From positions 832,001-896,000 of the forward strand of contig CAWETI010000002.1 of NCBI GenBank assembly GCA_963812015.1: DNA of 64,000 nt, in the 5' to 3' direction. Source of the stretch: an uncultured delta proteobacterium. Lineage in GTDB: Bacteria > Desulfobacterota > Desulfobaccia > Desulfobaccales > 0-14-0-80-60-11. The notes under the pieces were generated by a model, which saw only the letters and a list, made by a program, of their open reading frames with translations, made no database searches and was not told where the DNA came from. The position numbers and the translations under genes are program-made. Shown in pieces: positions 20,445 to 30,250 of the stretch (positions within the stretch are counted from its first letter, which is position 1; each line of letters begins with the position of its first letter).

Positions 20445-20864
20445 ATGGCTACGTTGGAAAAGGCTATCTCCATCGCGCTCTGCGCCCATCAAGGGCAAAA
20501 AGATCAGGCCGGGGCCCCATACATTTTGCATCCCCTCAGGGTTATGTTGAAGATGGATTCTGAGGAAGAAATGATGGCCGCGGTCCTCCACGACACCATT
20601 GAAGATACCGCTTGGACTCTTGAAGACCTGGAGCACGAGGGATTTCCCAAGGAATTATTAGAGGTTCTCGATCAGGTAACCCGGAGAACCGGGGAGCCCT
20701 ATGAGGAATTCATCGTCAGAGCCCAGGTTAACCCCATGGCCCGTAAGATCAAATTGGCAGACCTCGAAGATAATCTGGACTGCACCCGGATCAGGCAGAT
20801 AACGGAACCGGACTTGGCCAGAATAAAGCGCTATCATGCGGCATGGTGGTCTTTAAAGACCTGA
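20445..20864 (+). CDS. Stand-alone RelA/SpoT-type HD hydrolase (small alarmone hydrolase/Mesh1-like)
   Basis: AHQGQKDQAGAPYILHPLRV, AAVLHDTIED, IKLADLEDN. Confidence 0.85.
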   Translation: MATLEKAISIALCAHQGQKDQAGAPYILHPLRVMLKMDSEEEMMAAVLHDTIEDTAWTLEDLEHEGFPKELLEVLDQVTRRTGEPYEEFIVRAQVNPMARKIKLADLEDNLDCTRIRQITEPDLARIKRYHAAWWSLKT

Positions 20865-21063
20865 CCGCCCGGCAGGGCATAATCGCTCCAGGCCTCATAA
20901 GGAGCGTCCGGTCCGGCTGGATGGGTGGGTTAGCCGCTCACCCCGCCGGGGGCAGCTTGCCCCCCCTAAAAAAAGGGACGCGTTCAGCACTCTTCCGAAG
21001 ATCATCCCCGAAGCGACTGCAGCCTGACCCAACCTCGATTTCCCGCCTCCGCTTTTCCCGCTA

Positions 21064-21298
21064 AGTACAGTGGTTCATAAATACGGTAACGTATTTCTTA
21101 CTCCATGAAGATCACTTCCCCCTCACCCTGACCCTCTCCCCCATTGGGGGAGAGGGGAAAAGATGGGACCGATTTGATGCTCTGCCATCATAAAAAACCC
21201 GGCGACCTAACCTACCCCCTCTCCCTCCGCTTCGGGGGGAGAGGGTTGGGGTGAGGGGGGCGATATCTGACGTTAGCGTATTTATAAAATCCTGTACT
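21064..21298. mobile_element. MITE-like element with ~29-bp imperfect terminal inverted repeats enclosing two CCCTCTCCC hairpins
   Basis: Left agtacagtggttcataaatacggtaacgt vs reverse complement of right agtacaggattttataaatacgctaacgt (24/29); ends read CTAAG and CTGAG. Confidence 0.75.
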
Positions 21299-21517
21299 GA
21301 GGTGATTTTGATGGCCGCCTGAGGCCATTACCGAGAAACCATCAATTTCACCATTCCAAAATCAGTATATCTCCGGATGCCTCTTTTCATTCCCTGGGAG
21401 TATTTTTAATTCACCCTAAGGAACAGGAGCACCTATGCGAACCATATCGGGAAATTTGCCGCACAGAGATAAATCCCAAAATTCGTTGTTGGCATTTCAG
21501 CCAGGAGAACCGACCCC

Positions 21518-21709
21518 ATGGAGAGGCATAAAATTAAAAGGGAGATTGTGGCGGTATTTATGGAAAGCCCATTCTATTTCACCATACCGGTCAAAAAGAG
21601 GCTGGAATTCATAAAATTCTTTTCTCAAAAACCGGTTTATCTTCACGTCGGGAATTTAAACCAGCCCCAGATGGCAAAACGCGGCAGCAAAATCGCGGAC
21701 CCGAGGTGA
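21518..21709 (+). CDS. Small hypothetical protein
   Basis: AGGAG RBS; VFMESPFYFTIPVKKRLE looks like a real conserved block. Confidence 0.6.
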   Translation: MERHKIKREIVAVFMESPFYFTIPVKKRLEFIKFFSQKPVYLHVGNLNQPQMAKRGSKIADPR

Positions 21710-21843
21710 AATTTGACCTTGCACCGGTTACCTCAGGGCAATTGGGGTAGCGTGGTCCCGGCGCCAATCGGCCGGAGCAAATCTTGCCCACGCCGAGACC
21801 CCGCCGCCTTAAGCCTTTCCGCCCCCCGTCCCGCCTCGGCCCC

Positions 21844-22794
21844 TCACGCCCCGATCCGTTTGATCAAACTTTTGGTCAGTCTCAGGGGATGGAAATTGAG
21901 GGAGCGGAGGGTGGCCGGAACCCGAAACCCTGTGGCATCAAAAGCCTGGAGCGGCTCCAGGGGGTAAACAATCTCGCCGGGTTTGACCCCGGGAAGCCCC
22001 TGGTTGCACGCCTCCTGCCAGATGGGCACGTCCCCGGGTTTAAGGCCCAGGAGGGTGAAGACCGCCGTGTCCAGGGCGACGGCTGAAGGCGAGGCCGCCA
22101 GCAGTCCCAGGCTAAAAGGCTCGCCATCCACCGGCCCTCCCCCCTGCATCGCCACCACTGCGTCCATCAGTGACATGGCGGGCGGCAGGTGCCGGGTGAG
22201 CTCGATGATCATTTTTTCGAAACGGTTGCCCCGGCCCCCATAGATGAAATGGAGCAGCGCCTTGCGCACGCTGGAAACGCAGCCGAAGAAATTTTTTACC
22301 GCCCCGGTGACTCGCACCATCCGGTGGGTCTTAAGCTTGGGAAGGTTGAGGATAAAATCCTGTTCCAGGGCCCGGCGGGAGATGCCCACGATCCCGCCGG
22401 GAAAGGATAAGCGGATCATTTTGGGTTGGTCAAGATTGATCAGCGCCACGGGGAGATCCGCCAGGGCCCGCTGGAGGCCGATTTTTCGCGCCACTTTTAT
22501 CCCGCTTGAGAACGACGGGGAATCTCCCACCGACACCCTGGTGCCGCACTCCAACAAGTACTGGCAGGCGGCCCTGACCACCCGGGGGTGGGTGCAAGGA
22601 AGAAAATCAGGCGGCTTGGGCGCCAAAAGATTCGGCTTGACCAGAACCTTGGCCCCCGGCTGGGGCCGGCAGGCGATGCTTTCCAGGAGGGACCCCACCA
22701 CGCCGGGTAAAGACGGGGATTCGTAGTCAGGACAATGGGCCAGGGCTACCGGAATGGCGACTGGCATATCGGTTTTATCCACACCCGTCACCAT
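21844..22794 (-). CDS. DUF362 domain protein (start may be 22767)
   Basis: VLVKPNLL, THPRVV, VGDSP, LNLPKLKTH, TGAVKNFFG, DAVVAMQGGGP. Confidence 0.87.
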   Translation of the reverse strand: MVTGVDKTDMPVAIPVALAHCPDYESPSLPGVVGSLLESIACRPQPGAKVLVKPNLLAPKPPDFLPCTHPRVVRAACQYLLECGTRVSVGDSPSFSSGIKVARKIGLQRALADLPVALINLDQPKMIRLSFPGGIVGISRRALEQDFILNLPKLKTHRMVRVTGAVKNFFGCVSSVRKALLHFIYGGRGNRFEKMIIELTRHLPPAMSLMDAVVAMQGGGPVDGEPFSLGLLAASPSAVALDTAVFTLLGLKPGDVPIWQEACNQGLPGVKPGEIVYPLEPLQAFDATGFRVPATLRSLNFHPLRLTKSLIKRIGA

Positions 22795-22862
22795 AACCCC
22801 GGCCGGCGTCAGGAGCCCTAAATTTGCTCAGCAGGACCACCTCCCCTGACCGGCTCCCGGGT

Positions 22863-23630
22863 CTATTTAAGGGTAACAAACCGGTCGACCCAAGATGGCG
22901 GCAAAAGGGACAACAGATAGACCACGGCCGGGATTGGCTGGGGAAAGCGGATCCGGGCCTTATTTTGGGCCAGGCCGCGTTTGATGATCCTGGCGGCGCG
23001 CTCGGCGCTGACGCGAAAGGGCATGGGGTAGGGATTATCATCAGTCAAAGCGGTTTTGACAAATCCCGGGATAATGACGGAAACCCCGATATTCTCCCGG
23101 AGGAGTCGCCCCCGGAGACCTTCCGCGTAGGCCCAAATTGCCGATTTGGTGGCGCAATAAGAAGGGGCCACGGCAAATCCCCGGAACCCCGCCTGCGAAC
23201 TCATCAAGGCAATCTGGCCCCGTTGGCGTTTTCTCATCCGGGGCAGAATCGGCTCAATGGTGTTGAGCATGCCATCCAGGTTGATGGCAAAAACCGCCCG
23301 GATTTCCTCAGGCGTTTCCTCCTGCTGGACGGTGCCATGGGAAATGCCCGCCAGGACGATGACCAGATCAAGGGGCTGCACCGCGTCCGCTTCGGTAATC
23401 CAGGCCGCCATGGCGTTGCGGTCCGTGACATCCACCACGGTGCCGGCAACTGTCGCCCCCATAGCGCGGCATTCATCCGTGAGGCTTTCCAGTCGCCGGG
23501 CATCCAGGTCGCCCAGAAATAAATGATTACCCGGAGCGGCATAGACCCGGGTCAAGGCTGAGCCGATGCCTCCGGCGGCCCCGGTTATCAGGATTGATGT
23601 CGGCCTGTGGTCCAATTTTCGGGAACTCAT
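22863..23630 (-). CDS. SDR family oxidoreductase
   Basis: ITGAAGGIG, catalytic S and YCATK, PGFVKT. Confidence 0.9.
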   Translation of the reverse strand: MSSRKLDHRPTSILITGAAGGIGSALTRVYAAPGNHLFLGDLDARRLESLTDECRAMGATVAGTVVDVTDRNAMAAWITEADAVQPLDLVIVLAGISHGTVQQEETPEEIRAVFAINLDGMLNTIEPILPRMRKRQRGQIALMSSQAGFRGFAVAPSYCATKSAIWAYAEGLRGRLLRENIGVSVIIPGFVKTALTDDNPYPMPFRVSAERAARIIKRGLAQNKARIRFPQPIPAVVYLLSLLPPSWVDRFVTLK

Positions 23631-23887
23631 CCGTAATCCTTGCCGGCGCGCTCATACGACTGCCACGGTGCGCCTTTCTCTCATCGGTGTTAAGAGAGCC
23701 TCTCAGCCTCTCCCGCCAGTTGGCGCAAAATCTCAACCGGTAGCGCCTATTATAATCGCCGGACACATGAATGCCAACCCTGATCCGCAGGTTGGTCACG
23801 GGCCGTCGGCTTGAGCCCTGGGTGGGTAATCAACGCCAGTCCCGCCCAGATCCGGGCAAATCCGCTCCGGACGGATAGCTAACCCGG

Positions 23888-25534
23888 CTAAGGCGCGGCG
23901 GCGGCAACGTAAAGATTGCCCAATGGGTGCCATTTGAGAAAGTAGGTTCCCTGGGGGAAGAACCTGGTTTCCAGAAGCGCCCCGGAGATGCCCGGTTTGC
24001 TTTGATCGAAGATGAAGTTCCCCAAAGAAAATGCCAGGCAAGCCTGCCGGTGGCCGATGAGGGTCCCGGCCCGATGGGTATGGCTGCCCATGATCAGCTC
24101 CACCCCTTTTCCCGTCAGGACCGAGATGAGGGCGTTTTCCCGGGGACCAGGCTCCTGGGAGTACTCCCGCCCCCAATGGAGGAAGGCAAAGAGGGGTTTC
24201 TCCCGACTGACCCCGTCAAGGCCGCCCAAACTTTCCCGGCGGAGCAGGGCAATTTTTTGGGGGGCCTGGTTATCCACATCCGTAAACGCGGCTAAACGAA
24301 AATCCCCAAAATCGCTGATATCCCCGTTTTCCAGGGGCGTGATGCCGGCAGCCTTGAGCAACCCGACCATGGTCTGGTAGGGGGCGGGGCCGAAATCCCG
24401 GCTGTGGTTATTGGCCAGGCTGACTGCCCGGACGTTGAGCCTTTGCAAGAGGGGCAAGGCCAAACCGGCCTCCATACAGAGGTCGAAGGGCCCCAAATCC
24501 TGCCGACATTCCGGCATGACCACGCCTTCCAGATTAACGATCAACCTGGCCCCCCCGGTTACCCCAAGGACGTGGGCCACCAGGTTTGCCGTGGCGTCGG
24601 TGTCGGCCAGTTTTTTCGCCACATAGCGGCCGAAGAAGGTGTCACCGCCGAAGAACCAGCGCTCCCCTCCCGCCACGGCCAAATTCTCGGGACTGTAAAG
24701 CTGCACGATGTAGCTCGTGGTCTTTTCCAGGGGTTCGGTGGTGTACGCTTGCGAGTTGCGGTTGGCGGTAACGGTGAGGCTGGCCCGGAAAACTTCGCCT
24801 TGCAGGCGCAGTTGCAGGTACTGGGCCCCTTTCGAGTCCAGATGGGCCGGTTCGCACAGGCTCATGACCTCCTCAGGATCGCCCCCGCTCAAAACCCGCA
24901 AGGTTTCCTGGTCATGGCGTCGGGCTGCCGCGGCGGGCAGGTAATGGGAAAAGTCCGTGCTCTGGATGATGAGGGTGTCAGGGGTCAACAGCGGCGTCAG
25001 GGTCAGGGCCAGGGCGCGCCACTGGGCCGGCGTGGCGGAGTAGCGGATGGCCAGGGCCACGATCTTGGCCTCGGGAAAATGATGGGCCACGAACGGCAAG
25101 AGGGCCTGGACGCCATGCTCGTGGGAGAAGAGATTGGAGGGGGAAACCGACGTATTCTCAAGAAGTTGGCCAACTGCCGCCCCGTCGGTGATTAGGGGTC
25201 CCAGCACGGTCTGAAAATTTCTCCGGGCCACCGCAAAGGGAGTGCGGCTCCGGGAGAAATGGTCGGGGCTCAGGATGATGATGCGGCGGTAGCCCTGGGT
25301 GGAGATCCGGGCGAAGGCCTCGGCTATGAGGTCCGCGGCCAGGAGATGGTGAGGGACGGTGATGCCGGTGATTTTTTGAGCCAGGGGTGCGGCCCCGGCG
25401 TGCTCTATGGCGGTCAGAAAAGGTTGCGCCTCGACGAAGAGGGGCGGGAAAGGGCCCCCGCCGGTGGAGTCCGGCGCGCCGCTACAGGAGAGGAGCACTA
25501 ACCAGCAAGCGATCACCGCATAAGCCCGGCCCAT
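23888..25534 (-). CDS. Memo-like (AmmeMemoRadiSam protein B) domain fused to a CapA/PGA_cap metallophosphoesterase domain, with N-terminal signal/lipobox-like segment
   Basis: Memo: VPHHLLA, ILSPDH, EHG, QSTDFSHY. CapA: GDTFFGR, VNLEG, SLANNHSRDFG, LHWGREY, GSHTH, SLGNFIFDQ. Confidence 0.85.
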   Translation of the reverse strand: MGRAYAVIACWLVLLSCSGAPDSTGGGPFPPLFVEAQPFLTAIEHAGAAPLAQKITGITVPHHLLAADLIAEAFARISTQGYRRIIILSPDHFSRSRTPFAVARRNFQTVLGPLITDGAAVGQLLENTSVSPSNLFSHEHGVQALLPFVAHHFPEAKIVALAIRYSATPAQWRALALTLTPLLTPDTLIIQSTDFSHYLPAAAARRHDQETLRVLSGGDPEEVMSLCEPAHLDSKGAQYLQLRLQGEVFRASLTVTANRNSQAYTTEPLEKTTSYIVQLYSPENLAVAGGERWFFGGDTFFGRYVAKKLADTDATANLVAHVLGVTGGARLIVNLEGVVMPECRQDLGPFDLCMEAGLALPLLQRLNVRAVSLANNHSRDFGPAPYQTMVGLLKAAGITPLENGDISDFGDFRLAAFTDVDNQAPQKIALLRRESLGGLDGVSREKPLFAFLHWGREYSQEPGPRENALISVLTGKGVELIMGSHTHRAGTLIGHRQACLAFSLGNFIFDQSKPGISGALLETRFFPQGTYFLKWHPLGNLYVAAAAP

Positions 25535-27925
25535 CTAGTGGACCGTCAGGCCCTTATACCAGAAGTTCTTCGGCGGCAACTGGGGAGGGGTCTTATACAC
25601 CCGGGCCTGCCAGTCCCCATCCGCATAACGGGTAGCCAGGGGGCCGGTGAACTCATAGTGGTTGAAAGCCACCCCGACGGTAAGGCGGCTTGAACCATCG
25701 TTGCCTACCAGGGCCAGGATAAAGTAGGGTTGGCTCGTGGCTTCATAAAGAATCTGGCCCTTCACGGCGTCGGTGTGAATATCGGCGATGAGACCCGCAC
25801 GCTTTTCCTTCTCTGCCAGCACGGCGCCCTCGTCGAACGGCGCGGCCAGGTAAGAGAGGTTCTCATGCCGGAGCTCTTCGTATTCCGCCTCGCTGAGCGG
25901 AGCGCCCTGCAGTTCCTTGACCGCCAGGGCAGTGTAGAAATCTACCCTGCCTTTGCACCTGGTCAACCGGCCGAATTCTTCCCGTTCACCCTTGAAAAGG
26001 CCGTATTTCTCGAACCCCGCGGCGGTATAGGCTACCAGACGCCCGAGTTCTTGCCAGAAAGCGAGGTTAGGCTCCACAAACCCTTTGGGCACCGGCGGGA
26101 GCGTCTCTTCATTCGAGCCGTCGCCTGCCTCCGCAAAGCTCTGTTTGACGTAAAGCAAGGTGTCGTGTTTGAGTTCGGCGTACGACCCCAGAAAAGTTTG
26201 CAGTTGCTTCACCCTGAAAAGCTTCCCCTGCATGTACAGGGGATAGCCGGGGCCGTAAGATCCCGACAGGGTCCCCAACAGTTTCAGCCAGGCCGCGCCC
26301 ACGGAGCTGTACCACTCCACGTCTTGCACCTTCTTGAGATCCCCCGCCACTTCATCCAGTCTGCCGTAAAACCCGGCCACCTCTTCGGCGGAAAATGGCG
26401 GGGCCTCTTGCTTTAAAAAGGCGCCGGCAAACTCCCGCGCCACGTTATCCCCCAACGCCGCCGGGACGAACAGGGCCGAGGGGGTGGATGGCAGGCGCAC
26501 CATTGTCTTCTCGGCCCCGCCGCTTAGGCGGTTCAATACCCAGCCGTCGAACGTGAAGCGCTGGCCGAAAATCCGAAAGGCCTTGGCGGCTTCTAACAGT
26601 TCCGCCTTGGTCCGATCAGGCATGTTTGGACTGATGATGACGTCGGACAGGATCCGGGGGGGGCTGAGTTCCCCTAAGTGCTGGGCAATTTTGGTCAACA
26701 CCTCCGGATTGATTGCGTCTGCGGGAGAAAATTTCGCCGGGTCCAGGACCTTGACGACGAAGTCCCGCCACTCCGGGTAACAGATATCGTCCGGCGACCC
26801 GGCGTAGAAGGTAGTGATCTCCATGATCTTCTGCCAGTCCTTGAGCAGGGGCTGGCCCCCGGCCCCGGGGCTCGCCAGCACGCAGGCCACCAGGAGGGCA
26901 TCCGAAATTCCCTCGGGTTTTCCCAGGAGATAGCTGTTGCGCCCCAAATACATCATGGCCCGGAAATAGCCCCGCAAAAGAGAGCATTTGGCGTAGTGGC
27001 TCCGGGGGGTGAACTGGGTGTAATCGGTTTTCAGTTCGCCATCTGGGGCATACTGGCCGTAAAGGGGCGAGACGGCCGGCTCGGAGGCTTGATAAATGTT
27101 CCTGATCTCCTGGGCCATCCGCCCAAAGACCTCCGGGGAGAACTGCTTTTGGTACTTTTCCAGCCCCTGCAAGGCGCCTTCCAGGGTTTCGGGGATGTCG
27201 GGTTTGTCGGCTAAGTCCTGCTCGCTTTGAGCCGTCTTGCGCCTCTCTTCATAGGACACGGCCCACTGGGAGTTCTCCAGGATGACCAGGGGCACCGTCA
27301 GTTGCGCGGCCACCACTTCATAGCGGGCCGCCAGTTTGCCGCTGGCTTGGTCCCGGTATTTGAGGGCCGCGGCCTGGGCCTGCTGCAAAAAGTGGCGAAG
27401 CAGGGGGGCCAAGTCGAATTTTTCCAGATATTCCAAAGAGTTTTCAAAATATTTGTGGAACGCGTGGAGCAGGACGTCGGGGGTAACCAGGCGCGCATTT
27501 TCCGGCTTCCGCATTTCCGCAGTCCAGGCCCCGCCAACCGCGTCGAACATACCCAACATTTCGTCCCACTCCCACTCGGGAGACACTTGCCCCTTAAACC
27601 GGGTGGCTCGTCTGGAAATCAGCAGGAACTTGTGCTCGTTGAGGAACTTTTTCTGGCCGGCGGTGAGCTTGACCCCAAGCAATTTCATCACCCCCTTATA
27701 GTTCGCGGCTTTGTCCACCGTGGTGGCGCTGTCTTTAAGTGCCGGGGTGACCTCGAGGCTTTGCCGGGGCGGCACCTCCGCGAAGGCCGAAAGCTTGACT
27801 TCCGGGAGGATAAGACTCGGCACGCCGGCCGCGGCGCTCGGCCCCACCTGGCCCGCAGTTGCCAGCAGACCGGTCAGAACCATGAGGGTCAGTTTTGCCC
27901 AGAGAGATTGGGGATGAGCGTTCAT
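25535..27925 (-). CDS. DUF3160 domain exported protein
   Basis: Start at MNAHPQ, signal peptide; VTPDVLLHAFH, DYTQFTPRSHY, YFRAMMYLGR, FGQRFTFD, YAELKHDTLLYVKQ, GFVEPN, IADIHT. Confidence 0.85.
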   Translation of the reverse strand: MNAHPQSLWAKLTLMVLTGLLATAGQVGPSAAAGVPSLILPEVKLSAFAEVPPRQSLEVTPALKDSATTVDKAANYKGVMKLLGVKLTAGQKKFLNEHKFLLISRRATRFKGQVSPEWEWDEMLGMFDAVGGAWTAEMRKPENARLVTPDVLLHAFHKYFENSLEYLEKFDLAPLLRHFLQQAQAAALKYRDQASGKLAARYEVVAAQLTVPLVILENSQWAVSYEERRKTAQSEQDLADKPDIPETLEGALQGLEKYQKQFSPEVFGRMAQEIRNIYQASEPAVSPLYGQYAPDGELKTDYTQFTPRSHYAKCSLLRGYFRAMMYLGRNSYLLGKPEGISDALLVACVLASPGAGGQPLLKDWQKIMEITTFYAGSPDDICYPEWRDFVVKVLDPAKFSPADAINPEVLTKIAQHLGELSPPRILSDVIISPNMPDRTKAELLEAAKAFRIFGQRFTFDGWVLNRLSGGAEKTMVRLPSTPSALFVPAALGDNVAREFAGAFLKQEAPPFSAEEVAGFYGRLDEVAGDLKKVQDVEWYSSVGAAWLKLLGTLSGSYGPGYPLYMQGKLFRVKQLQTFLGSYAELKHDTLLYVKQSFAEAGDGSNEETLPPVPKGFVEPNLAFWQELGRLVAYTAAGFEKYGLFKGEREEFGRLTRCKGRVDFYTALAVKELQGAPLSEAEYEELRHENLSYLAAPFDEGAVLAEKEKRAGLIADIHTDAVKGQILYEATSQPYFILALVGNDGSSRLTVGVAFNHYEFTGPLATRYADGDWQARVYKTPPQLPPKNFWYKGLTVH

Positions 27926-28105
27926 AGGATTCCCTTCCTGTGGATTGGCCTGGCGGAGGTCGCCTGTAAGAAGCTGATCGCCTCGCGTCTCATCCCCGCC
28001 TTGCCGCAGCCATGATAGCACAAAATGATCAAATGTTGGGCCGGATTTGGGGCAGACTGGATTATCAACCACCGGGGAGCGCTTATAGAGGCAGAATTGT
28101 TTTGT

Positions 28106-28165
28106 GTAGAGGCGGACCCATGTGTCCGCCCTGGATTGAGGGCGCACACGCGGGTGCGCCCCTAC
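28106..28165. repeat. GTAG-family REP doublet (REPIN-like)
   Basis: gtagaggcggacccatgtgtccgccc ... gggcgcacacgcgggtgcgcccctac: two hairpins with GTAG/CTAC at the outer ends. Confidence 0.7.
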
Positions 28166-28268
28166 AGGAAGACGCTTTCCTTACTTCTCTGAGAGTGACA
28201 GGGTATACCACCAGCGCGGCGCACGCCTCGACCCCCGACTACCAGGCATGCGCCGCGGACGCGGTCTC

Positions 28269-29414
28269 CTATCCCGCCTCTCCTGACAGCTCCGACTGGT
28301 ACACCGGCAGATTCCGGGTGCCCCAATCGAAGATGAGAATGCCCCCCGCGATCAGAGACAGGGTGAGGATGATCTCGATAAACGACGGGAAGTAGCTGAA
28401 CTGCCGGTAGCCGCCGTAGCTGGTGAGGCTGACGTTGAAGCGGTTCAGCACCACCCCGAAGGCGGATAAGCCCGCGGCCCAGTAAAGGCCCTTAATCGAG
28501 CTACGCACCTCGGCAAAGGTCAGCAGGATGGCCGGCAGGGCCACGGTGCCGAACAGTTCCAGGTAAAAGAAGAAGTGGGGCCCGTCCAAGGCCCAGACCG
28601 TGGCCCCCCGGGCGTAGAGGTCGGTGACCTTCATGGCGAAGTAGACCAGCAGCGCCAGGCCCAGCCCCTTGCTGAATGAGGTCAGGAGCTTGACCTCAGC
28701 CTGGCGCTTGTAGGCCCAGGCGCTGATCAGGCTCTCCAGGATCACCACGCTCATGCCGCCGATCACCGCGCTGGCGAAGAACAGCGGCCCTATGGCCCGG
28801 CTGGCCCAGAGGTCGGACATCTTCTCAGGCATCATCAGGAACAGCGCCCCCAGGGAGGACTGGTGCAGGGTGGAGAGCATGACTCCGGCCACCACCAGGA
28901 CCAGGTAGAGGTTCCGGAGAAAGGCCACCCATTCATACTTTTTCCAGCGCTCCAGGGCCATGATGAAGATATCCACGCCCAGGACCGTGGTGTAGAGCAT
29001 GACGCACCAGGACACCTCAAAGAGCACCGAATGGGGATTCCACATCACCATGGGGTGCCAGATACGCCAGGGCTGGCCCAGGTCGAAGAACAGCCCCACC
29101 ACGAACACCAGGTAGCCGATGAAGGCCGAGAGCTTGGCGGGCCGCAGCAGCGGCTCGAACTTTTTCAGGTTGAAGATGTAAATGGCCGCGGCCATGGTGA
29201 AGCCGCCCGCGGCCAGGGCCACCCCGGAGAGCACGTCGAAGCTGATCCACAGGCCCCAGGGGTAGGCGTCGCTTAAGTTGGTGGTGGCCCCCAGTCCCAG
29301 GAAGAGTCGGGCCGCGCCCGAGATGAGGCCCAGCATCAGAATGACATAGAGGACGGCGCGCCCGGTGGTCAACTTCCCCTCACCCGGATACCATTTTTCC
29401 ACTTTTTCGGCCAT
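28269..29414 (-). CDS. NrfD/HybB-type integral membrane subunit of the formate dehydrogenase complex
   Basis: GLGATTNLSDAYPWGLWISFD, DLGQPWRIWHP, SVLFEV, STLHQSSLG; about ten TM helices. Confidence 0.9.
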   Translation of the reverse strand: MAEKVEKWYPGEGKLTTGRAVLYVILMLGLISGAARLFLGLGATTNLSDAYPWGLWISFDVLSGVALAAGGFTMAAAIYIFNLKKFEPLLRPAKLSAFIGYLVFVVGLFFDLGQPWRIWHPMVMWNPHSVLFEVSWCVMLYTTVLGVDIFIMALERWKKYEWVAFLRNLYLVLVVAGVMLSTLHQSSLGALFLMMPEKMSDLWASRAIGPLFFASAVIGGMSVVILESLISAWAYKRQAEVKLLTSFSKGLGLALLVYFAMKVTDLYARGATVWALDGPHFFFYLELFGTVALPAILLTFAEVRSSIKGLYWAAGLSAFGVVLNRFNVSLTSYGGYRQFSYFPSFIEIILTLSLIAGGILIFDWGTRNLPVYQSELSGEAG

Positions 29415-29417
29415 GGC

Positions 29418-30227
29418 TCACTCCTCCTTGCCTTCCTGGGATTGCTGCTTAACTTCCGCCCGGCGCTGGTTGAGGTAGTGGAGGCCAACGGCCAGGCCGC
29501 CCACCCCCACCGCCACCCAGGGCACCTTGGACATCCACTCCCTGCCGTAGATGCCATAGGGGGTGTCTCCCAGGTCGGCGCGAAAACCCCGGTGGTCGAG
29601 ACCCAGCTCCTCGAAGGAAACGGCCGTAAGATAGATCTTGGAGGTGCCCCCCACGAGCTTCTCCCCGTAGACCTCGGGGTAGTACTTGTCAGGGTGGGCC
29701 CCGATGCGGCGGTGCGCCTGCTTCAACAGCTCCTCCCGCTCCCCAAAGAGCAGGGATCCGGTGGTGCAGGAGGTGGAGCAGGCCGGGGCCAGCCCTATGG
29801 CCAGGCGATCGGCGCAAAAATCACATTTGCGAATCAGGGGCACCGCCGAGCTCCACTCGAATTTGGGAATCTGAAAGGGGCAGGCCATCATGCAGTAACG
29901 GCAGCCGATGCAGCGGTCGTCATGATAAATCACCGGACCGCTGGCGAGTTTTTCCAGGGCCGCCACCGGGCAGGCGGTGACGCAGGCCGGATCATTACAA
30001 TGCATACACCGCCGGGAAATGAAGTGCCAGCTTACCTGGCCCCCGGGGTTGGCCAGCTCCCGAAAGATAATCCGGGTGAAGTTGTTACTGTCCAGGTATC
30101 TGGGGTTGCTCCAGGTTTCGCTGAACTGGGTGCGTTCGCCCGGCAGGTTGTGCCAGCTTTTGCAGGCCACCTGGCAGGCCCGGCAACCGATACAGCGAGT
30201 CGTATCGATCAACATGGCTTTACTCAT
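29418..30227 (-). CDS. 4x[4Fe-4S] electron-transfer subunit (HybA/FdnH-like) with C-terminal TM anchor
   Basis: CIGCRACQVAC, CMHCNDPACVTACP, CIGCRYCMMACP, CDFC..C..SC. Confidence 0.93.
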   Translation of the reverse strand: MSKAMLIDTTRCIGCRACQVACKSWHNLPGERTQFSETWSNPRYLDSNNFTRIIFRELANPGGQVSWHFISRRCMHCNDPACVTACPVAALEKLASGPVIYHDDRCIGCRYCMMACPFQIPKFEWSSAVPLIRKCDFCADRLAIGLAPACSTSCTTGSLLFGEREELLKQAHRRIGAHPDKYYPEVYGEKLVGGTSKIYLTAVSFEELGLDHRGFRADLGDTPYGIYGREWMSKVPWVAVGVGGLAVGLHYLNQRRAEVKQQSQEGKEE

Positions 30228-30250
30228 GGCAGTCTCCCTCGTAGCCTACG

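Noticed and set aside
20870..21060. GC-rich hairpins suggesting an ncRNA or riboswitch
   Set aside because: No recognisable family motif and no adjacent downstream gene
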